From an archaeon (GTDB lineage Archaea; Iainarchaeota; Iainarchaeia; Iainarchaeales; CSSED10-239): DNA of 7,342 bases. The stretch spans positions 1 through 7,342 of the forward strand of contig DAOOUC010000015.1 in NCBI GenBank assembly GCA_035390665.1, in the 5' to 3' direction. Shown piece by piece: positions 1 through 5,237 of the stretch (the stretch's first letter is position 1; each line of letters opens with the position of its first letter). Both the position numbers and the translations under genes were made by a program. Under the pieces are notes generated by a model, which was given only the letters and a program-made list of their open reading frames with translations, had not been told where the DNA came from and did no database searches.

Positions 1-285
1 CAGACATCAACTTATGTTTATGACACAGGTGCAGCTCCAGAAAATTTAATTGTTGGTTTTATATTTCAAGGAATAGATAGTAATGCAACAATAGATAATG
101 ATCAAAATCTAGTAAGTATAAGAATACCATTTGGAATAAATAGAGCAAATTTAATTCCAATAATTGAAGTAGAAGAAGGTTGTAGTATATATCCAGAAAG
201 TGGTATTTCTCAAAATTTTAATGTGCCTGTAACTTATACAGTAAGTTCAATAACAGGGCAAAGACTTTATACAGTTATAGTAACA
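1..285 (+). other. DUF5018-like / 'PVTYTVxxxxGxxxxYTVxVT' beta-sandwich domain (part of CDS 1-705)
   Basis: Pattern 'F.F.GI.....ID.....V.I.IPFG.....LIP.I.V..G..I.P.SG..Q.FN.PVTYTV....GQ...YTVIVT' matches the family style recalled for bacterial surface proteins. No profile search was run. Confidence 0.65.
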
Positions 286-705
286 AACAATCCACGCGTA
301 TTTGCTCCAATTGCAAGTGTTTCTGGAGGCAATTATAATTTACCAATAACTGTTGAGTTATCAACTCAAACACCTGGAGCAATAATTAAGTACACAACAA
401 ATGGTTCTTTTCCAACATTATCTAGTAATACTTATAATAATCCAATAACAATCAATTCTACAACGATTCTAAAAGCAAAAACTTACCTTTATGTTGGTCC
501 ACTATTGAGTTCAAGTAATTCTTCAAGAGGAAACTCTAGTCCAAAGAACATACAAAATATAGTCCCTGCCCCTTTGGTGTGGTTAAGCAGTAGTGTGTTA
601 ACAGAAGAATATATTTTTCCAAGAAAAACACCAAGTAAAAACAAACACGAAGTAATAACAAAAGAAAAAGAAAAAAAGGAGTTCACACAGAACAGTGAAA
701 AGTAA
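1..705 (+). CDS. 5'-truncated surface/secreted protein: DUF5018-like beta-sandwich followed by a CHB_HEX_C-like domain and a charged Lys/Glu-rich C-terminal tail
   Basis: Frame 1 is open from base 1 through the listed ORF, reading QTSTYVYDTGAAPENLIVGFIFQGIDSNATIDNDQNLVSIRIPFGINRANLIPIIEVEEGCSIYPESGISQNFNVPVTYTVSSITGQRLYTVIVTNNPRVF... The start at 223 is a GTG (Val) inside a domain. Stop TAA is at 703-705. Confidence 0.85.
   Translation, partial: QTSTYVYDTGAAPENLIVGFIFQGIDSNATIDNDQNLVSIRIPFGINRANLIPIIEVEEGCSIYPESGISQNFNVPVTYTVSSITGQRLYTVIVTNNPRVFAPIASVSGGNYNLPITVELSTQTPGAIIKYTTNGSFPTLSSNTYNNPITINSTTILKAKTYLYVGPLLSSSNSSRGNSSPKNIQNIVPAPLVWLSSSVLTEEYIFPRKTPSKNKHEVITKEKEKKEFTQNSEK
301..492 (+). 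other. CHB_HEX_C (chitobiase/beta-hexosaminidase C-terminal)-like domain (part of CDS 1-705)
   Basis: 'VFAPIASVSGGNYNLPITVELSTQTPGAIIKYTTNGSFPTLSSNTYNNPITINSTTILKAKTY' follows the typical 'P.G.Y..pvtV.LST.TPGA.I.YTT.GS.PT..S..Y..PI.I..T..LKA..Y' pattern. Confidence 0.8.
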
Positions 706-713
706 CTGTTGTA

Positions 714-721
714 TTTATAAA
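714..721 (+). promoter_or_regulatory. Candidate archaeal TATA box (TTTATAAA)
   Basis: TTTATAAA lies about 52 nt upstream of the ATG at 773, in the 67-nt gap after the stop at 705. No clear BRE. Confidence 0.35.
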
Positions 722-760
722 GATTATGATGTATAATTTTCAATAAATAGTATTTTTAAA

Positions 761-765
761 AGGTG
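761..765 (+). promoter_or_regulatory. Candidate Shine-Dalgarno (AGGTG) for CDS 773-2458
   Basis: AGGTG is 7 nt upstream of ATG 773 and is compatible with the archaeal anti-SD. Confidence 0.6.
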
Positions 766-772
766 CAAATAG

Positions 773-874
773 ATGTTAACTTCAAAAAAAAAAGGACAGA
801 TTTCTGTTGAAGCTTTAATAATTGTTGGAGTTTTAGTTATTGGAGGAATAATATTTGCGTCTGTTTTTTTAGGA
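773..874 (+). other. Class III (archaeal prepilin-like) signal sequence, predicted cleavage after MLTSKKKG (residue 8)
   Basis: KKKGQISVEALIIVGVLVIGGIIFASVFLG matches the QxSxEx(hydrophobic) pattern of class III signal peptides. Confidence 0.8.
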
Positions 875-2458
875 AATATTAATAATCAAACAAAGAAAGC
901 AAACGAATTATCAGGAATTACTGATGATTTTATGAATGATTTAGAGGGATGGAATACTCCAGGTCCAGGTCCTGGTCCAGGAGGAAGTAATTGTGGCAAT
1001 CACGTTTGTGAAAACCCCCCAGAGAATCAAAGTAATTGTTCTGATTGTGAAATACCATCTGATGGTTGTAATGATAATGGCTATTGTGAACCGGAATTAG
1101 GAGAAACTGCTGCAAATTGTGATGATTGTCAAAGTCCAACATTTAGTAATTTTGTTATAAGTAAATATGCACCAACAGGAGATTCCCCAGTTAATTCTAA
1201 ATTTAGTTTAAAAGCAGAAATAACGTCTAGTTATCCTTCTGTAGAAATTTATGATATTAAATTAACTAAATTTGATCCAATTTCATATTCTTGGAGTAAT
1301 TCAAATAAATGTGCAATAAAAGGAACGGCTCCAGATGCAGGAACAGGAATATATCCAGGGACATTATTAATGACAATAGAAGATGTTTCTTTAAAAAATC
1401 ACGGAAAAATTATTGATGAAATCAGTTGTAGTGAAGAAGGAGAATACAGATTTTCAGCATTGGCTAGACCAAAAGGAGTTACAGGAGTGCCTTCTTTATC
1501 AGATGATGAAGCAAAAATTATAACATCAGCACCAGTGGGATGCGGAAATCCAGCAATTTGTGAATCTGGAGAAACCTGTGCAACATGTACAGAATGTTGT
1601 ACCATACCAGGAACATCTTTTGGAGTTTTAATTTCTTCTCCAACAGATCAAAAATATTATAATAATACAGATAATATTAATTTTATTGCAATAACAGCAC
1701 CAGAATTAAAACCTGGAGAAACCGATAGTTGTGTATGGTATGTTAATGAAAAAATAGAGATTCCTTTAACCGGGCAACAAAATAGTTGTTCATTATCACA
1801 AGTTTCTTTATCAGATACTTCTGTCTTTTCAGAAGGATTAAATAAAATTACAGTATATGCTCAAAGAAGTACAACTGCAGGAAAAAAATTAGAAGCTAAC
1901 GCAAGTGTAGGAATATATATCTTAAAACCAATAAATCCAGGAACATTATATTTATTAACACCAAGAAATTTGCTTGTTGGAGAAAATTTTAATTTAATGG
2001 TTTATGGAACAAATCAAGGATCAGTTAATGCCCCAAGAAATATAAATAATTTTACATTTACAGGAAATAAATGTGTAGTAACTTCTTCAACACCAACTTG
2101 TGGAACAACAACAGTAAATGGAACTGATGTTTACTATTGTGATTATCCCGCAATTTGCTCACAGCCAGCATATTCACAAACAGGAGTACATAATCCTACA
2201 GAAATTACAGCCAGTATGACAGGCACAACAGAAACAGCTAAATTTTATTCAGAATATGATTTGTGGTTTGATTTTGGAAATTGTAGTGTGACTGCTACAA
2301 GTTATGGAAAAATGCATGCATGTTTATCATCCTCTAGTGGAATGGGATATAATAGCGATTATTGGAATAATTCTAGTGGATTATTAAAAGCAAATGTGGA
2401 TGTTTCATTTAATATGACAAAAAATATTAATGGTACTTTAAAAGTATATGTGGAATAA
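773..2458 (+). CDS. Class III signal peptide-containing (type IV pilin-like) surface protein with Cys-rich modules and Ig-like/beta-sandwich regions
   Basis: 561-aa ORF. N-terminus MLTSKKKG|QISVEALIIVGVLVIGGIIFASVFL has the basic n-region, G|Q cleavage site and Glu at +5 expected of archaeal class III signal peptides. It is followed by a GP repeat linker and Cys-rich repeats. Confidence 0.85.
   Translation: MLTSKKKGQISVEALIIVGVLVIGGIIFASVFLGNINNQTKKANELSGITDDFMNDLEGWNTPGPGPGPGGSNCGNHVCENPPENQSNCSDCEIPSDGCNDNGYCEPELGETAANCDDCQSPTFSNFVISKYAPTGDSPVNSKFSLKAEITSSYPSVEIYDIKLTKFDPISYSWSNSNKCAIKGTAPDAGTGIYPGTLLMTIEDVSLKNHGKIIDEISCSEEGEYRFSALARPKGVTGVPSLSDDEAKIITSAPVGCGNPAICESGETCATCTECCTIPGTSFGVLISSPTDQKYYNNTDNINFIAITAPELKPGETDSCVWYVNEKIEIPLTGQQNSCSLSQVSLSDTSVFSEGLNKITVYAQRSTTAGKKLEANASVGIYILKPINPGTLYLLTPRNLLVGENFNLMVYGTNQGSVNAPRNINNFTFTGNKCVVTSSTPTCGTTTVNGTDVYYCDYPAICSQPAYSQTGVHNPTEITASMTGTTETAKFYSEYDLWFDFGNCSVTATSYGKMHACLSSSSGMGYNSDYWNNSSGLLKANVDVSFNMTKNINGTLKVYVE
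959..985 (+). repeat. (Pro-Gly)4-Gly linker encoded by CCWGGT-type 6-nt repeats
   Basis: CCAGGTCCAGGTCCTGGTCCAGGAGGA encodes PGPGPGPGG between the pilin-like N-terminus and the first Cys-rich module. Confidence 0.75.
992..1129 (+). repeat. Two tandem Cys-rich modules (repeats 1 and 2)
   Basis: CGNHVCENPPENQSNCSDC (992-1048) and CNDNGYCEPELGETAANCDDC (1067-1129) share the C-x(3-5)-CE-x-E-x(4)-C-x2-C pattern. Confidence 0.7.
1541..1600 (+). repeat. Third Cys-rich module, separated from the first two by a beta-rich region
   Basis: CGNPAICESGETCATCTECC resembles the modules at 992-1129. Confidence 0.65.
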
Positions 2459-2483
2459 ATAAAAATGGGAGAAAGGAAAAAAT

Positions 2484-2558
2484 ATGAATAAAATAAATTT
2501 GTCAAAGATTTTTTTAATATTAGCGATAGCTATTATTTCATTAAATTTAGTATTTGCA
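2484..2558 (+). other. Sec signal peptide, predicted cleavage VFA|GS
   Basis: Short basic n-region, hydrophobic FLILAIAIISLNLVF, and an A-x-G-type site. Confidence 0.75.
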
Positions 2559-4559
2559 GGAAGTATGGCTAAACGTTATAGAATAAGTGGTGATTTAATA
2601 ATTAGTAACAACCTAGATTATGCTTGTCAAAATGGAGGAGATTGGACTTCTGGATCAACTATAGAAGAGAATGAATATGAGAGCGGCACAGGGATAGAAT
2701 TATCTAATGTTAAATTAAATGAGTTTTTTGACAAATTATTTTTTGTCGCGACTCCTGCATCCACATGTAGTTTAGAAATTTGGTCTCCATCTGGAGTAAA
2801 GGTTTATGAAAGATCAGGATTAAATGCAAATGCTATAAAAACAGGTTTAAATGAAGGAATTGTTTTACAAAATGTTGTTGTGGACACAAATTCAACTAAT
2901 ATAACCTTAAATTTTGCTGTAAAAATTAAACATGCAACAGCAGGATATTTATTAGAAACAACAGTAAAAGTACCAAATATTAATAATCAATTATTCATTA
3001 ATGCAGATAATGTAATTGCTACAATAAGTGAAACAGAAAGTGGATTTGATGCAGGCGCAAAACCTGTTTTAATGTTAGAAAAAAGAGAGAATGATGGGCA
3101 GTTTTATTATTTGCCTGTTTGGAGAAGAATAAATACCTATAATATTGCATCTGGGGGAGTAATTCCACAAAATGATTTATCAATTGTTGATAGAAATATG
3201 ACCGGGAAAGATAGTTGGGTTTTATCATGGGATGCCGGTGCAGGTAAAATGAAATGGACAAATGAGATTACAACAAGCATTATTAAAGATGGCACACTAT
3301 TACCTCAAGATTTTAATCCAAATGCAGTTTTTTCAAAAATTGGGGGTACAGTAGTTACTGAGACCGTAGGATCATTTATAACAGGTAGTAATAAATATTT
3401 AAAATTTACACACGACGGAATAGATTATTATTTAAAATTAGAACAAAAGCCAGCTACAGCTAGTTCAATGGAAGTAGGAAGTAATGGTTCTGTAATTGCG
3501 GGTAATACTTATACTAGGACTGCACAAATTAATGCAGTTACTGGTTTAACTTGGGGATTTCCATCAGGAATTACAATCCAATCAGGGCAAGGAACAGCGA
3601 CAGCTACATTTTTAGCCACAGGAATAGGCGCAAAAACAATTACTTTAAATGGGACAACAAATACAGGTTCGCCAATATCTGATTCTTTTACTTTAAATGT
3701 TTCAGACTCAACAAATTTAGAGGTTGGTGGCGACATGACTGTTTCCTTTTCAAGTGGTAGTAGTAATAGTTTTGAAAGAGAAATTGTAGCAACTGGAGTA
3801 AATCAAAGTACAATTAATTGGGAAGTTCTTCCTTCAGGAACAGGAGTTACAATTAATGATGTGTCTCCTGCATCTAATTTAAAAAAGAGAATTACAGTAT
3901 CAACTTACGGAACACGCACAATAAAAATTACTGGAATTTCAGTCTATAGCGGACAAGTTGTAACAGATTCATTTATTTTAACTGCGGCTCAATCTGGAGG
4001 AAGTAATCCACCACCAGGCCCACCAGGAGGAGGAATAAATTGTTTCAAGTCAGGAACACCAGTTTTAACATCTACAGGATATAAACCAATAGAATCAATA
4101 AAACAAGGAGATTTAGTTTATTCTTTAGATGAAAAAACAAATAAAATTGTTTTAACAAAAGTAAATAAATTATTAGTGCATGATACAATATCTTTTGCTC
4201 CAACAATTAAGTTAAAATTAAATAATAATGTAGAATTAATTGTTACAACAAACCATGCATTTTATGATCCTATAGCCAAAGGATATAAGCAATTAAGATT
4301 CTTTACAATAGGAGATAAACTGTTGTATTATAATGGAACAAAAAATACAGAAGTAGAAATCACAAGTATGGAAAAACAAGATGATTTATTAGTTTCATAT
4401 AATTTATCATTAGAATATCCAAATAATTATTTCGTAAATGGTATATTAGTTCATAATGATATAAAAGGTGGAGCTGATATTAATCCAACACCTGGCGGTT
4501 GTTATCAAGAAGGCCCTGGAGGGGTATTGTATTGGTACGATAGTTGTCAAGGAATATAA
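2484..4559 (+). CDS. Secreted multi-domain surface protein with a C-terminal Hint (intein/Hedgehog-like) autoprocessing domain
   Basis: 691-aa ORF with an N-terminal Sec-type signal (MNKINLSKIFLILAIAIISLNLVFA), a long Ser/Thr/Asn/Gly-rich beta-type extracellular region, a NPPPGPPGGG linker, then the Hint domain and a 33-aa tail. It begins 25 nt after the preceding stop. Confidence 0.9.
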   Translation: MNKINLSKIFLILAIAIISLNLVFAGSMAKRYRISGDLIISNNLDYACQNGGDWTSGSTIEENEYESGTGIELSNVKLNEFFDKLFFVATPASTCSLEIWSPSGVKVYERSGLNANAIKTGLNEGIVLQNVVVDTNSTNITLNFAVKIKHATAGYLLETTVKVPNINNQLFINADNVIATISETESGFDAGAKPVLMLEKRENDGQFYYLPVWRRINTYNIASGGVIPQNDLSIVDRNMTGKDSWVLSWDAGAGKMKWTNEITTSIIKDGTLLPQDFNPNAVFSKIGGTVVTETVGSFITGSNKYLKFTHDGIDYYLKLEQKPATASSMEVGSNGSVIAGNTYTRTAQINAVTGLTWGFPSGITIQSGQGTATATFLATGIGAKTITLNGTTNTGSPISDSFTLNVSDSTNLEVGGDMTVSFSSGSSNSFEREIVATGVNQSTINWEVLPSGTGVTINDVSPASNLKKRITVSTYGTRTIKITGISVYSGQVVTDSFILTAAQSGGSNPPPGPPGGGINCFKSGTPVLTSTGYKPIESIKQGDLVYSLDEKTNKIVLTKVNKLLVHDTISFAPTIKLKLNNNVELIVTTNHAFYDPIAKGYKQLRFFTIGDKLLYYNGTKNTEVEITSMEKQDDLLVSYNLSLEYPNNYFVNGILVHNDIKGGADINPTPGGCYQEGPGGVLYWYDSCQGI
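4041..4457 (+). other. Hint domain, 139 aa, residues Cys520 to Asn658, with no room for a homing endonuclease
   Basis: Block A: CFKSGTPVLTSTGYKPIESIKQGDLVYSLDE. Block B: VELIVTTNHAF (TxxH). Blocks F/G: YNLSLEYPNNYFVNGILVHN, followed by Asp. Confidence 0.92.
4458..4556 (+). other. Post-Hint C-terminal peptide with two cysteines
   Basis: DIKGGADINPTPGGCYQEGPGGVLYWYDSCQGI, 33 aa between the Hint terminal Asn and the stop. Confidence 0.75.
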
Positions 4560-4592
4560 AATGAAATTTCTTTTTTTCTTTTTATATATATA

Positions 4593-4598
4593 GGAGGG
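4593..4598 (+). promoter_or_regulatory. Candidate Shine-Dalgarno (GGAGGG) for CDS 4606-4899
   Basis: GGAGGG is 7 nt upstream of the GTG at 4606. Confidence 0.75.
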
Positions 4599-4605
4599 AG
4601 ATATT

Positions 4606-4899
4606 GTGAAAAATGATAATAAAACAAAAATTTTGTATCTGACATTAGGAATTATAATTGGTGTAGCTTTAACTATGCTTTTTCAAATTACAATATTAGG
4701 AAATGCGAATAAGTCAATAGTAAAAAAAGTAAATACAATTAATTATTATGGATTAGCGGAAGATTGTTTAAATGGTGGAGGAACCGCAATTACAAATCCA
4801 AATGCGCATTATGGAGATGACGGAGTAACATATTATCCAAATGGGTCATTTACATGCAGCGTAAATGGAACTTCCACTACTGTTCCATTACCAGTATAA
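4606..4899 (+). CDS. Small membrane-anchored extracellular protein (97 aa)
   Basis: GTG start with a strong SD. One N-terminal TM segment (ILYLTLGIIIGVALTMLFQITIL), then a two-Cys ectodomain ending NGSFTCSVNGTSTTVPLPV. Confidence 0.75.
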   Translation: MKNDNKTKILYLTLGIIIGVALTMLFQITILGNANKSIVKKVNTINYYGLAEDCLNGGGTAITNPNAHYGDDGVTYYPNGSFTCSVNGTSTTVPLPV

Positions 4900-4900
4900 A

Positions 4901-4936
4901 TCTTTTCCCTTTTGCTTTCTTTTTTCCTTTCTCTTT
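4901..4936 (+). terminator. Pyrimidine/T-rich tract, candidate archaeal terminator for the surface-protein genes
   Basis: TCTTTTCCCTTTTGCTTTCTTTTTTCCTTTCTCTTT is 36 nt with one purine, starting directly after the 4899 stop. Confidence 0.5.
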
Positions 4937-4941
4937 ATAAA
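4934..4941 (+). promoter_or_regulatory. Candidate archaeal TATA box (TTTATAAA)
   Basis: TTTATAAA adjoins the pyrimidine tract. It would place a start site near 4960-4970, giving a leader of about 270 nt for uL3 or the start of a separate RNA. Confidence 0.35.
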
Positions 4942-4986
4942 CCTTTTGCCTCTATAATTTATTCTATATACATATAATTTTTAATC

Positions 4987-5165
4987 GATTAGAGTTTTTT
5001 CTAATCTCTTTAGACCTTTATTAAAGTTAATCTTTTGATTGACTTTTCTGTAGACTGTTTGCTGGTACCTTAATCAGTGGAATGGCACTTTGCTGTTTTG
5101 CCACTAACCAACATTTAAATGCAGAAACATTAAATACTGGAGATTTTTCTCAAGTATCTGTTTCT
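4987..5165 (+). ncRNA. Candidate structured leader or small RNA upstream of uL3 with four stem-loops
   Basis: GATTAG/CTAATC (4987-5006). AAAGTTAATC-TTTT-GATTGACTTT (5023-5046). TGGT/ACCA plus AGTGG/CCACT (5063-5110), with TGGCA/TGCCA as an alternative. AGAAACA-ATACT-GAGA-TTTT-TCTC-AGTAT-TGTTTCT (5123-5165). Confidence 0.4.
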
Positions 5166-5237
5166 ACATTTTTTCTGTTCTACAATTTTAATATTTAAAT
5201 ATTGATTAAATAAAAATTTGACAAAAAAAGATCATTT

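Noticed and set aside
489-743. Minus-strand ORF of 84 aa, hydrophobic
   Set aside because: It is antisense to the A-rich coding tail of CDS 1-705. Its hydrophobic runs are what complementing AAA/GAA codons produces, and there is no SD or recognisable domain.
930-1142. Minus-strand ORF of 70 aa
   Set aside because: Shadow ORF antisense to the Cys-rich/PG region of the well-supported 773-2458 CDS. His/Asn-rich composition mirrors the opposite strand.
1399-1605. Minus-strand ORF of 68 aa
   Set aside because: Antisense to the 773-2458 CDS, with no independent coding evidence.
3019-3261. Minus-strand ORF of 80 aa
   Set aside because: Antisense to the 2484-4559 CDS, with low-complexity composition and no recognisable domain.
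3509-3736. Minus-strand ORF of 75 aa
   Set aside because: Antisense to the beta-rich region of the 2484-4559 CDS. Pro/Val-rich composition mirrors Gly/Thr-rich coding.
4041-4457. Interpretation as a mobile, splicing-competent intein
   Set aside because: There is no endonuclease region, the residue after HN is Asp rather than Cys/Ser/Thr, and the host is a surface protein with only a 33-aa C-extein. An autoprocessing Hint domain fits better.
4561-4593. Tiny ORF ATG AAA TTT CTT TTT TTC ... TAG (MKFLFFFLYI)
   Set aside because: Ten codons of T-tract sequence with no upstream SD, explained by the T-rich spacer.
4987-5165. Known RNA such as tRNA, 5S rRNA, SRP RNA or RNase P RNA
   Set aside because: No cloverleaf, T-loop or CCA-type features, no 5S landmarks, and no SRP or RNase P core motifs were recognisable by eye. 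An Infernal/Rfam scan would be decisive.
4900-5237. A protein-coding gene on the minus strand, suggested by purine richness of the complement
   Set aside because: Reading the reverse complement by eye gave only short frames interrupted by stops. The G-U wobble in the 5023-5046 stem also favours a + strand RNA.
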